Shown here one piece after another: positions 7,633 through 16,689 of a DNA stretch of 64,000 nucleotides. This DNA is from an uncultured Gammaproteobacteria bacterium. GTDB taxonomy: Bacteria > Patescibacteriota > Patescibacteriia > Patescibacteriales > GWC2-42-12. The position numbers and the translations under genes were made by a program. Location of the stretch: contig CAZLKB010000004.1 in assembly GCA_964560005.1 (NCBI GenBank), positions 76,112 to 140,111 on the forward strand, in the 5' to 3' direction. Position 1 is the first letter of the stretch; each line of letters begins with the position of its first letter. Under the pieces are notes generated by a model, which was not told where the DNA came from, did no database searches, and saw only the letters and a program-made list of their open reading frames with translations.

Positions 7633-8625
7633 ATGAAGTCAAAAATACTTATTACCTCCATAATAGGATTAAGCGCTTCGGCCCTGCTCGGCACCAGTGC
7701 TTTGCCGGCAACAGCGCAAGGTAGTTTAGCGCAAAAATTATCCGGCCGGATCTTACTGCAGGTTGAAGCCAAGGGCGAAGCCTGGTACATTAACCCGACC
7801 GACCAAAAAAGGTATTTTTTAGGCCGGCCGGCTGATGCCTTTACTCTAATGCAACGGCTGGCTTTGGGCGTCAATAACGCCAATTTAAGTAAAATCGCCG
7901 TGGGCCTATTGGATTATTCGGGCGCGGACGACGATGGCGATGGCTTGCCTAATAATTTAGAACAGGCCATCGGCACCGACCCGGCTAAAACCGATTCCGA
8001 CAATGACGGGCACGAAGATAAGACCGAAATTATAAATAATTACAGCCCGTTGGGTACGGAGCGAGTTGCTATTGACCAGAGTTTAATAAAACAGCTGCGC
8101 GGAAAAATTTTATTGCAAGTTGAAAGCCTTGGCGCCGGTTGGTATTTAAACCCGGCCGACAATAAAAAATATTATTTAGGCAGACCCGATGATGCCTTCG
8201 CGATTATGCGCCATTTGGCATTAGGCATCACTAATAATAATTTAAATCAAATAACCATCGGTCAACCGCCTATTACGCCTCCCCCCGACCTACCTCCGGC
8301 GATTCCGCCGGAAGACCCGCCCGTTAACCGGGATTCCGTGCTTGATCAGGCCGCCGCGAGCATCAGAAGCGGCAACTCTACCGAAGTTCAATCATTCTTT
8401 ATTGAATCAATGCGCAAATCAATTGAATATGCGGTTGAACATTTAAGCGCGGAAAGCCGGCTCCTGTTAGCTAACCTTTTATCCGGCGCTAAATTATCCG
8501 GTTCAAGTGAGACGGAAAAAATATATTCAAATAAAGCTTATTTCTCCTTAAGAGGCACCGAGGTCTCGCTTAATTTCCGAGTGGTCAAACAGTCCGACGG
8601 CAGTTGGTTAATAGCGAATTTATAA
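7633..8625 (+). CDS. Secreted protein with a duplicated ~55-aa module and thrombospondin-type-3-like Asp-rich repeats
   Basis: Signal peptide. The module 'GRILLQVEAKGEAWYINPTDQKRYFLGRPADAF..' (nt 7729-7896) repeats as 'GKILLQVESLGAGWYLNPADNKKYYLGRPDDAF..' (nt 8086-8253). Also 'DDDGDGLPNNLEQAIGTDPAKTDSDNDG'. Confidence 0.6.
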   Translation: MKSKILITSIIGLSASALLGTSALPATAQGSLAQKLSGRILLQVEAKGEAWYINPTDQKRYFLGRPADAFTLMQRLALGVNNANLSKIAVGLLDYSGADDDGDGLPNNLEQAIGTDPAKTDSDNDGHEDKTEIINNYSPLGTERVAIDQSLIKQLRGKILLQVESLGAGWYLNPADNKKYYLGRPDDAFAIMRHLALGITNNNLNQITIGQPPITPPPDLPPAIPPEDPPVNRDSVLDQAAASIRSGNSTEVQSFFIESMRKSIEYAVEHLSAESRLLLANLLSGAKLSGSSETEKIYSNKAYFSLRGTEVSLNFRVVKQSDGSWLIANL

Positions 8626-8705
8626 AAATTGCATTTGCATTTTAACTGCGAGCATAGAAAAAGTTAGGAAAAACTAAAAAAATATATTTAGAATCACCAA
8701 GGGGG

Positions 8706-8819
8706 TTTGGGGGTCTGAGCTGAGCGCCGAGACGCGTGGAACGAAAGTTACAGAATTAATAGCGAATTGAAGACCCCCAAAACTTCTTTGGTTACTTTCT
8801 TGGTTACAAGAAAGTAACC
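8706..8819. repeat. GC-rich hairpin cluster
   Basis: TTTGGGGGTCT (8706-8716) pairs with AGACCCCCAAA (8771-8781). A perfect 13-bp hairpin GGTTACTTTCTTG-GTTA-CAAGAAAGTAACC lies at 8790-8819. Confidence 0.75.
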
Positions 8820-8903
8820 CCAAGCGGAGCGAAGCGAACAGTTCTGCTGGCAAAGAGACAAAAAACACGCCTTAATGTTTAATTAAAGTGTGTTTTTTAA
8901 TAT

Positions 8904-11900
8904 TTACTTTACTACAATATTCACCAACCTCCCCTTCACAAAAATCACTTTCTTTACTTCTTTGCCTTCAAGCCACTTCTTTATTTTTTCACTTTCTAAA
9001 GCAATTTTTTTAGCGTCTTCTTCGCTAATATTAACACTAACCTTCGCAGTATCTCTGACTTTTCCGTTAACCTGAATAACCAGATTAATCATTTCGTCGT
9101 GTGCTAATTTCGGATCATACTTAGGCCAGGTTTCTTTAAAAATACTTTGTTGATTGCCCAGTTTAACCCACAGTTCTTCCGCCAGATGGGGCGCGAACGG
9201 CGAGAGAACTATTAAAAATTTCTCCGCAGCCGCGCGCGGCATGGAATCTAACTTACCCGCGAAATTCATAAAAATCATCATTTGGGAGATGGCAGTATTA
9301 AATTTCATAGCTTCAATATCCTCGGTAACCTTTTTTATAGTTTTATGAAGTAATTTTGGCATGCCCTCGGGAACATTCTGACTAGGCTTTTTTCCGCTAC
9401 CGCCCGCCTGCCGGCCTACCTGTCCGATAGGCAGGCTAGACAAGCAATCAACAAATTTAACATTTATATAAAATTCAAAAATCTTTTCCAAAAATCTTTT
9501 CGCGCCCGCCAGTCCATCCGTACTCCAAGCGATAGCTTGATCAAACGGCCCCATGAACATTTCATAAACGCGCAAGGCGTCTGCGCCGTACTGTTTAACG
9601 ATATCATCTGGATTAATGACATTACCCTTTGATTTTGACATCTTCACTCCGCCCTCGGCTAAAATCATGCCATGCGAAGTCCGCTTGGCGTAGGGTTCGC
9701 TGGTCGGCACCAGGCCCAGGTCAAACAAAAATTTATGCCAAAAACGAGAGTATAGAAGATGTAAAGTCGTATGTTCCATGCCGCCGTTATACCAATCAAC
9801 CGGGATCCAATATTTAAGCTTTTTAAAATCAGCGAATGCTTTTTTGTTTTTTGGATCAGTGTAGCGCAAATAATACCAGCTTGAACCGGCCCAATTCGGC
9901 ATGGTATCGGTTTCTCGCTTGGCCTCGCCGCCGCAGCGCGGACACTTAACATTGACCCAGTCGGTAATGGCCGCTAGCGGCGATTCGCCCGTGTTGGTCG
10001 GTTGATATTTCTCCACCTTAGGCAATTCAACCGGCAAGTCTTTTTCCGGAATCGGCACATAACCGGTATTTTTCGCGCGCCCTACCCATTCCAACAATTC
10101 CGGAATTTGCTCGCCGAGAAAATGCCCGAAACCGTCCCACACTTCAAAATCCCATTCCTTAGGAATATGATCGTGGGTATAGAGCGGCACTGAATCGTCG
10201 TCTCTAGAAATCACTATTCTGATTTTATCGGCATATTCGGTAACTTTATTTAGGTCTATTTTCTCAAGCCAAAATTTCTGAAGAGCGTCTATATCCGAGC
10301 CTGTCCATTCCTGGCGCATTCTTTCCCAATCTCTGGGCGACAATTCTCCGATCGCCGAACCGATAAGCAATAAATGTCCAATTTTCTTTTTTGCCTTTAA
10401 TAAAAGATGCAAGGCGGCCTTACTGCCTAAACTATGCCCGATCACAATATCATCCGGGCTGAAATCTTTAATCAGAGGCAAAAGTTCTTTCATCCACTTT
10501 TTCAAATCAGGGTGGTCGGCGGTGGTCATGGTCGGTAGCCTAACCTCAAAACCGCGTTTCTCTAATTCATTTTTCAGCCAGGGTTTCCATTCACTGTCGC
10601 CCCGCCCCTCAAAGCCGTGGATTATCAAAACTTTTTGTTTAACCTTTTTACAATTTTCGCAGAATACCACCGGAATAGGCTCGCCCCAATAATGCTGACG
10701 CGAAAAAACCCAGTCGCGTAGTTTATAATTTACTTTTCTCGCCCCAATTTTTTCCTTTTCCAGCCACTCAGCCATTTTTTCACGGGCTTCAGCTGAATTG
10801 AGGCCGTTATAATCGCCAGAATTAAATAAAATACCATCGTTCGTATAAATTTTTCTTTTAATAAACTTATCAAAAAGATACTTGTGCAGTTCATCCGCAA
10901 CTTTTTGTTCCGCCTCTTTTTCGCTTAACCACTCAACCTTAAATTTATTTTGTTCGTTTTTCTCCAATTTTTGCTCAATTTTTTCCTCATCAACCAAGTC
11001 AAAAAGAAAACCCGTTGCTTCAATATTTCGCTGCACATTTTTTGAATGAGCGAAATAGTGATGATGTATTTTCTCGGATTGTTCCACTAATTTCACATTT
11101 TTATAACCCGTCTCTTCTTTGATTTCCCTTAAAGCGCACTTTAAAGCATCTTCTTTACTATTTAAACCGCCGCCAATAAATAAATTTCCGCCCAAATTTG
11201 ATCCCCAATTAATAGAAAGTAATTTTTTGGTTTTAGGATTCCTGACGATTGCGACAATACTCTCTCTGAATTCTTCTTTTTCCCGAGGTTTGCCTGTAAT
11301 CGGCTCAATCGTATAAACAATTTTCAAGCCGTACTTTTTGGCAAAATCAAAATCCCTCTCGTCGTGCGCCGGAACAGCCATGACTGCGCCAGTGCCGTAA
11401 TTGACCAAAACATAATCAGCAATCCAAACCGGAATTTCCTCGCCATTCAACGGATTGATCGCCTTAATTCCTTTTAATTCTACTCCGGTTTTCTCTTTTA
11501 CCTCTGCCGCTCTCTCTAAATCAGACTTCTCTTTCGCAGCTTCCAAATATTTTTTTACCTCTGACCAATTTGTTATTTTAGCCCTTAATTCTTGGGTTAA
11601 CTCATGCTCTGGAGATAAAACCACATAGGTGCATCCAAAAATTGTATCAAGACGAGTCGTAAAAACTTTAATTCGTAATTCGTAATTCTTAATTCTAAAT
11701 TCTATTTCCGCTCCTTCCGACCGCCCGATCCAATTCTGCTGTTGAATTTTTATTTTTTCCAGATACTCCAGCGGCCGCCGGCCCAATATTCTGGGCAGAA
11801 GATTTTCTTGGAGCGCCTGGCGGACTTTTCTATAGCGCACCTCGTCTGGTTGTTCCGATTTATATAAACCGGTTTTAGGATCTTTAATTAACGCTTCGGT

Positions 11901-13046
11901 CGGATAGCCGGGAGTAAAGGAGGGCGCTTCTATATTTTGCAAAATATATTCATAAGGAACGGCCTCAAACGACGCCGTGCCCGAACCGTCGGTGAAGGCC
12001 ATGGCATAATGGAAATTAGCGCGCGATTGCCCTTTTTCCCGGACGAATTTTTTCAAATAGTCAATCACTTCCCTGTCGCTGGCGCGCGGGCTTCGCGGAT
12101 TGGCGTGCTTTCTGATATGCAAGACATAGCCGTTATTTTCCGGCCACTTTTCTATCCAAAAAATATGATCGGTTGAAATGGTCGGCAAGCCGGTTTTTTT
12201 AAAATAAAATTCCGATTTCATCCGGGCGTTTTTAATCGGATCATCGCCCTCAATCAGCCGGCTATCGTCAACCGCGGTCAAGTCGTCTAAAGTAACAAAG
12301 ATTATTGACGGGACATGCGCCAGGCAGTTCTTAATCATTTTTACCTTAGCCGGATTTCGCGTGCCTATTAAAATTTTTTTTGGCTCTTTCCCGCCGCCCA
12401 GGGTCGCGATGGCCATATCCAAATCCCTATCCAACCGGTCGGCGTATTTCGTGATAGCCAGCATCCATTGATCTTTTTCCCGCTTTTCCGCCGGCGTACC
12501 GCATCTTTCGCAGCTGCCATCAACCACCTCTTCGTTGGCCAGGCCGATTTTACACGACGGACACCAATTAATGGACATTTTTTTCTTATACGCCAATCCT
12601 CTCTTTAATAATTGTAAAAATATCCATTGCGTCCATTTATAATATTCCGGGTCGGTAGTATTTATTTCCCGATCCCAATCAAAAGAAAAACCCAGCTCTT
12701 TAAGCTGGCGCCGGAAAGTGTCCGTATTCTTCTTGGTTACGGCTATGGGATGTGTGCCTGTTTTGATAGCGTAATTCTCCGTGGGCAAGCCGAAAGCGTC
12801 CCAGCCAATCGGGTAGAGCACATTATATCCTTCTAAACGGCGCTTGCGGCAGATTATGTCCATGGCCGTATTGGAGCGGATGTGGCCGACATGAAGCCCT
12901 TCCCCTGACGGATAAGGAAATTCAATCAAACCATAAAATTTAGGCTTTTTATCGCCATCAATCGCTTTGGCAAACTGATTTTTCTCCCAATATTTCTGCC
13001 ACTTAGCCTCTATTTTTTTGTGGTCATATTTCTCCATAATACTCAT
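8904..13046 (-). CDS. leuS: Leucyl-tRNA synthetase with three inserted hydrolase-type domains
   Basis: 1380 aa. HIGH region 'PYPSGEGLHVGH', CP1 'VFTTRLDTIFGCTYVVLSPEH..GTGAVMAVPAHDERDF', 'YKLRDWVFSRQHYWGEPIP' and 'KMSKS' are all present. Extra modules lie at aa ~211-426, ~583-735 (Nudix box) and ~800-993 (GHSLG serine hydrolase). Confidence 0.9.
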   Translation of the reverse strand: MSIMEKYDHKKIEAKWQKYWEKNQFAKAIDGDKKPKFYGLIEFPYPSGEGLHVGHIRSNTAMDIICRKRRLEGYNVLYPIGWDAFGLPTENYAIKTGTHPIAVTKKNTDTFRRQLKELGFSFDWDREINTTDPEYYKWTQWIFLQLLKRGLAYKKKMSINWCPSCKIGLANEEVVDGSCERCGTPAEKREKDQWMLAITKYADRLDRDLDMAIATLGGGKEPKKILIGTRNPAKVKMIKNCLAHVPSIIFVTLDDLTAVDDSRLIEGDDPIKNARMKSEFYFKKTGLPTISTDHIFWIEKWPENNGYVLHIRKHANPRSPRASDREVIDYLKKFVREKGQSRANFHYAMAFTDGSGTASFEAVPYEYILQNIEAPSFTPGYPTEALIKDPKTGLYKSEQPDEVRYRKVRQALQENLLPRILGRRPLEYLEKIKIQQQNWIGRSEGAEIEFRIKNYELRIKVFTTRLDTIFGCTYVVLSPEHELTQELRAKITNWSEVKKYLEAAKEKSDLERAAEVKEKTGVELKGIKAINPLNGEEIPVWIADYVLVNYGTGAVMAVPAHDERDFDFAKKYGLKIVYTIEPITGKPREKEEFRESIVAIVRNPKTKKLLSINWGSNLGGNLFIGGGLNSKEDALKCALREIKEETGYKNVKLVEQSEKIHHHYFAHSKNVQRNIEATGFLFDLVDEEKIEQKLEKNEQNKFKVEWLSEKEAEQKVADELHKYLFDKFIKRKIYTNDGILFNSGDYNGLNSAEAREKMAEWLEKEKIGARKVNYKLRDWVFSRQHYWGEPIPVVFCENCKKVKQKVLIIHGFEGRGDSEWKPWLKNELEKRGFEVRLPTMTTADHPDLKKWMKELLPLIKDFSPDDIVIGHSLGSKAALHLLLKAKKKIGHLLLIGSAIGELSPRDWERMRQEWTGSDIDALQKFWLEKIDLNKVTEYADKIRIVISRDDDSVPLYTHDHIPKEWDFEVWDGFGHFLGEQIPELLEWVGRAKNTGYVPIPEKDLPVELPKVEKYQPTNTGESPLAAITDWVNVKCPRCGGEAKRETDTMPNWAGSSWYYLRYTDPKNKKAFADFKKLKYWIPVDWYNGGMEHTTLHLLYSRFWHKFLFDLGLVPTSEPYAKRTSHGMILAEGGVKMSKSKGNVINPDDIVKQYGADALRVYEMFMGPFDQAIAWSTDGLAGAKRFLEKIFEFYINVKFVDCLSSLPIGQVGRQAGGSGKKPSQNVPEGMPKLLHKTIKKVTEDIEAMKFNTAISQMMIFMNFAGKLDSMPRAAAEKFLIVLSPFAPHLAEELWVKLGNQQSIFKETWPKYDPKLAHDEMINLVIQVNGKVRDTAKVSVNISEEDAKKIALESEKIKKWLEGKEVKKVIFVKGRLVNIVVK
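9406..9436. repeat. GCCTGCC...GGCAGGC hairpin in frame inside leuS
   Basis: It encodes 'LPIGQVGRQAGG'. The same CCTGCCTACCGGCAGGCAGG-type hairpin is intergenic near 32860 and 51420. Confidence 0.65.
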
Positions 13047-13121
13047 ATTTTATCCTAAAATTGGCGAAAAGGCAAGGTTAATTAAAAAATTATTCATTCC
13101 ACCTAACGGCGCTTGAATTTT

Positions 13122-13889
13122 TTAGGTTTTTACTTCTATGCCAACTGGACAATGATCCGAACCCATGATTTTATCCATGATAAAAGCGTCTTTCACTGTC
13201 TTACTTATGCCTTTTGAAACGCAAAAATAATCTATGCGCCAGCCGATGTTTCTGGCTCGTAAATTAAAACGATAACCCCACCAGGAATATTGAACTTTAT
13301 TTTTATTAACCTGCCTGTAGGTATCGGTAAAACCTGAGCTTAAAAATTTTGTCATCCAAGCGCGTTCTTCATCCGTAAAACCCGGATTGCCGATATTATC
13401 TTTCGGCCTGGCCAAATCAATCTCCTCGTGCGCCACATTAAAATCTCCGCACAAGATAACCGGTTTAGCCTTTTCCAATTTCTTAATATATTTCAAAACC
13501 TTATCGTTAAATGCCAATTTATAATCAAGCCGGGATAATTCATGATTGGCATTGGGAAAATATGTATTAACCAAGTAAAATTTTTCAAACTCCACGGTCT
13601 GCGCCCGCCCTTCGCGGTCAAAAACCATCTCACCCAAGCCATTTTTCACCGAGAGCGCCGGCAAACCGTTCTTTATTAATATTGCCGTACCGCTATAGCC
13701 AGGCCTTTCGGCCGGATGCCAAAATTCTTGATATCCTTGAAAATCAAACTGCTCCTTGGCTCTGGCCGCATCATCAATTTTAATTTCCTGCAAACATAAA
13801 ATATCCGGCTTTTCCTTTCGTAAAAAACCGGAAAAATCTTTTTTTACCGCCGCTCTGATGCCATTGACATTCCAGGAAATAAATTTCAT
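13122..13889 (-). CDS. xth: Exodeoxyribonuclease III
   Basis: 'MKFISWNVNGIR', 'DILCLQE', 'GDFNVAH' and 'SDHCPV'. The ORF extends to 13910, but M8 fits the usual family N-terminus. Confidence 0.85.
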   Translation of the reverse strand: MKFISWNVNGIRAAVKKDFSGFLRKEKPDILCLQEIKIDDAARAKEQFDFQGYQEFWHPAERPGYSGTAILIKNGLPALSVKNGLGEMVFDREGRAQTVEFEKFYLVNTYFPNANHELSRLDYKLAFNDKVLKYIKKLEKAKPVILCGDFNVAHEEIDLARPKDNIGNPGFTDEERAWMTKFLSSGFTDTYRQVNKNKVQYSWWGYRFNLRARNIGWRIDYFCVSKGISKTVKDAFIMDKIMGSDHCPVGIEVKT

Positions 13890-13962
13890 AGATATAAATC
13901 GGTAAAACAATAGGCCTAATCCTTGGAAAGAACTAAGCCCATCTTATCGTACTGAAAATTAT

Positions 13963-14604
13963 CTATACTTTGCAGGCCGGACCGCGAGATTTATCTTCAC
14001 TATTTTTATTCTGCATCTCATCTTGAATAATCGGCGCTATGACATCTTTGTGCATGCTATATTCGCAAAAAACCGCCACAGCAATAACCGTGGTCCAAAG
14101 ACCGTCCTTATTACCTTCGGCCGATTGACAGATGTTACAAGTATTGATGATGTTGCCGCTGGCCTTATAAATCTGCTCTCTCTCCTCCCAGGCCTTGGCT
14201 GAATCAAACTCAATGCCTAGGGTGGTAGCTAACATCGTAGCCGCCAAGTCTTCGGCATACTCGCCGCTTTTTTTTGCTACTTCGCCGAAAGCGTGATGTT
14301 CGGACAAATAGCCGTAATTATTGTGGTCGCTCGGCCTGGCCAAGCCGATGGCCGCGGAGATCAACCGATTGGGCTCGTTGGTTTCGCTTCTGGCTAAAAC
14401 GCAAAAGACTATTTGACCGGGGTAGAGCATCTTCTCGCCTTTTTCCTTTGAAGTGATGTGACAATTAGGCGGCATAATACTGGAAACGGTCACTAAATTA
14501 TGTTTTTCAATACCAGCATCCCTAAGAGCCAGCTCGAATGAGGCTAAGCGGTCTTTATGAACGCCGACTCCTTTGGTTAAAAACATTTTCTTAGGTGTGA
14601 ACAT
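13963..14604 (-). CDS. pdaD: Pyruvoyl-dependent arginine decarboxylase
   Basis: '[27 protein letters not shown]' contains the self-cleavage Ser-Ser motif of PdaD proenzymes. Confidence 0.8.
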   Translation of the reverse strand: MFTPKKMFLTKGVGVHKDRLASFELALRDAGIEKHNLVTVSSIMPPNCHITSKEKGEKMLYPGQIVFCVLARSETNEPNRLISAAIGLARPSDHNNYGYLSEHHAFGEVAKKSGEYAEDLAATMLATTLGIEFDSAKAWEEREQIYKASGNIINTCNICQSAEGNKDGLWTTVIAVAVFCEYSMHKDVIAPIIQDEMQNKNSEDKSRGPACKV

Positions 14605-14728
14605 ACTTTTTTTGATTTTCTCTTGATTAAAAATTAATTAAATATATTTTCTAGCGCCTTAAGGCGTAATCTAATTATACAGCTTTGTGATTATTTTGCA
14701 ATGAATATATTTAAAAAATAACCACAAG

Positions 14729-14875
14729 CTACTTCCGCGACGAGCTCAAGATAATTTTTTGCAACTGCTTAAGACCGGCGCCGCTGACTTTCATCCGTTT
14801 CCTTTTTCTTTTATCAAGCTTTTTAAGCCGTTTGGCCGTGCTTAAGTCTAAATCGTCCAAATTTTGTTTATTCAT
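14729..14875 (-). CDS. Possible 48-aa basic small protein, below the ORF-track cutoff
   Basis: An ATG..TAG ORF reading 'MNKQNLDDLDLSTAKRLKKLDKRKRKRMKVSGAGLKQLQKIILSSSRK'. It fills an otherwise empty 330-bp gap. I recognise no homology. Confidence 0.25.
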   Translation of the reverse strand: MNKQNLDDLDLSTAKRLKKLDKRKRKRMKVSGAGLKQLQKIILSSSRK

Positions 14876-14932
14876 AAATAAATGGTATAATTAATACACT
14901 ATTTATAATAAAACTAATTTTTATAAATATCA

Positions 14933-15610
14933 ATGGAACATTCAATTATGCCTTGGTATAAAAAATGGTGGGGAGTTATAATAATTATCTTTTTAGCCAT
15001 AATCCTATTTTTTTTGGCGGCCAGCGCCTTTTATTTTGTCGGCGAGATAAAAAATGCCAGCCTTAAGCTAAATCAGCCCAGCCAGCCGTTAAGCGGGCAA
15101 AAATATGAAGCCGCCGGACGGGATAATTATTGGCTAGGCTCGCCAACCGCTAAAATAACTATTGTTGAATTCGGCGATTTCGCTTGTTCTAACTGCGAAA
15201 AAGCCTTTTCTACCACCGGACAAATCCGCCAGAACTATAAAAATAATGTTAAATTTATCTGGCGGGACTACCCGGTAGTTGCCGAGGATTCAGCCAGCCT
15301 GGCTATGGCCGGGCGATGCGCCGGCGAACAGGGGTTATTTTGGCTGATGCATGACAAGTTATTTCAAAACCAGGGTATTAATAAAGTTGACCAGCTAGTC
15401 GCCATAGCCAACCAAATCGGCGCCGATACCGTAAAATTCCAAAATTGCCTAAATCAGCAAAAATATTTAAAACAGATTCAAGAAGACCTATCCGATGGGC
15501 AAAATTTCGGCATCACCGGCACCCCGACATATTTTATTAACGGCTACAAAATAGAAGGCGATGTTCCGTACGAGACATTTGTTAAAATTATTGAAGAGCT
15601 TAAAAAATAA
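14933..15610 (+). CDS. DsbA-family thiol:disulfide oxidoreductase, membrane-anchored
   Basis: N-terminal TM helix, a thioredoxin fold with 'FGDFACSNCEKA' (CxxC), and 'GITGTPTYFINGY'. Confidence 0.75.
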   Translation: MEHSIMPWYKKWWGVIIIIFLAIILFFLAASAFYFVGEIKNASLKLNQPSQPLSGQKYEAAGRDNYWLGSPTAKITIVEFGDFACSNCEKAFSTTGQIRQNYKNNVKFIWRDYPVVAEDSASLAMAGRCAGEQGLFWLMHDKLFQNQGINKVDQLVAIANQIGADTVKFQNCLNQQKYLKQIQEDLSDGQNFGITGTPTYFINGYKIEGDVPYETFVKIIEELKK

Positions 15611-15619
15611 TTCTTTATT

Positions 15620-15710
15620 GTCATTGCGGGCTTGACCCGCAATCCAGAAACTTTTTTCAAACACTAGAATCTGGATTCCGGCTCGCCTTCGGCTTTAAGG
15701 CCGGAATGAC
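15620..15710. repeat. GTCATT...AATGAC-bounded GC-rich composite hairpin element
   Basis: GTCATTGCGGG-CTTGA-CCCGCAAT, TCCAGA..TCTGGA and ATTCCGGC..GCCGGAAT hairpins. The terminal AATGAC supplies a spurious ATG for porG. Confidence 0.8.
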
Positions 15711-15720
15711 AAATAACCAT

Positions 15721-16260
15721 ATGATTGAAATACGAATTCACGGCCGGGGCGGCCAGGGCGCGGTTACCGCCGCCGAACTAATTGCTATTGCCGCTTTTAA
15801 GGATGGATTGCAGGCTCAAGCTTTTCCTTCTTTCGGCGTGGAAAGAACCGGCGCTCCGGTAGAGTCGTTCGCTAGGATTGATGATCGGCCGATTTTAACC
15901 AGAGAGCAAATTTATGCGCCGAATGTTTTAATTGTTCAAGACTACACCCTGCTTTCTACTGTGGACATCACCAGAGGAGCCGATAAAAAAACTATTATGA
16001 TAATTAATACGGCTAAAGCTAAAGACGAATTGAAAATAAATTTACCGGAAAATAATATTTACACGATTGACGCGACTAAAATCGCTTTGGAAATAATCGG
16101 TAAAAATATAGTTAACACCGTGATTCTCGGAGCTTTTGCCAAAGCCACAGGACTGGTTAGCTTAAAATCGCTCTTGGAGGCTGTAGAGGAAAAATTCGCC
16201 GGTAATGAAAATTTAATTGCTAAAAACATTGAAGCCATCAAACGGGCTTATGAATTATAA
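15721..16260 (+). CDS. porG: Pyruvate:ferredoxin oxidoreductase gamma subunit
   Basis: 'MIEIRIHGRGGQGAVTAAELIA'. The ORF-track start at 15706 lies inside the repeat element. Confidence 0.85.
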   Translation: MIEIRIHGRGGQGAVTAAELIAIAAFKDGLQAQAFPSFGVERTGAPVESFARIDDRPILTREQIYAPNVLIVQDYTLLSTVDITRGADKKTIMIINTAKAKDELKINLPENNIYTIDATKIALEIIGKNIVNTVILGAFAKATGLVSLKSLLEAVEEKFAGNENLIAKNIEAIKRAYEL

Positions 16261-16262
16261 CT

Positions 16263-16535
16263 ATGAAAATACCAATTAATGTACGGCCAAATACAACTTT
16301 AGCTAATAAAACCGGGGCTTGGCGCACGCTCAAACCGAAATTCCTGCATGATAAGTGCGCCGCCTGCGGCGTCTGCGCCAGAGTCTGCCCCGAAGGTATT
16401 ATTTATCAGACCGACGAGGCCAACGGCAGCGGTAAAAAATATTTTGAATGTGATTTATCTTATTGTAAAGGCTGCGGCTTATGCGCTATTGAATGCCCGT
16501 TTAAGGCGATCGTAATGGAGCTAGACCAGAAATAA
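16263..16535 (+). CDS. porD: Pyruvate:ferredoxin oxidoreductase delta subunit (2x[4Fe-4S])
   Basis: Two ferredoxin motifs, 'CAACGVCARVCP' and 'CKGCGLCAIECP'. It starts 2 nt after porG. Confidence 0.85.
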   Translation: MKIPINVRPNTTLANKTGAWRTLKPKFLHDKCAACGVCARVCPEGIIYQTDEANGSGKKYFECDLSYCKGCGLCAIECPFKAIVMELDQK

Positions 16536-16689
16536 AATTTTCAATTTTCAAGTACCAATTTTCAATGAATTTTCAATTTACAATTTACAATTTACAATGA
16601 AAACTTTTTCTTTGTTTGAAAATTAATTCATTGGAACTTCATTGAAAATTGGGATTTGAAAATTTATTGATATTTAACTTTACATTTTT
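16536..16689. repeat. AT-rich palindromic module, family B (AATTTTCA / TGAAAATT words)
   Basis: AATTTTCAATTTTCAAGTACCAATTTTCAATGAATTTTCAATTTACAATTT... is mirrored by ...TTCATTGAAAATTGGGATTTGAAAATTT. It ends in TTTAACTTTACATTTTT directly before the porA ATG. Confidence 0.85.

Noticed and set aside
10068-12416. Inteins as the explanation for the extra ~500 aa in LeuRS.
   Set aside because: The inserts do not begin with Cys/Ser/Thr splice-junction blocks or end in His-Asn followed by Cys/Ser/Thr. They lack homing-endonuclease motifs, and they instead carry complete Nudix and serine-hydrolase catalytic motifs.
16536-16689. The tandem TGAAAATT / AATTTTCA runs look superficially like a repeat array, so I asked whether they are CRISPR arrays.
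   Set aside because: The repeat unit is only 6-11 nt and is contiguous or separated by 1-5 nt. There are no 25-40-nt direct repeats alternating with unique spacers, the two halves are inverted rather than direct, and no cas genes are present.
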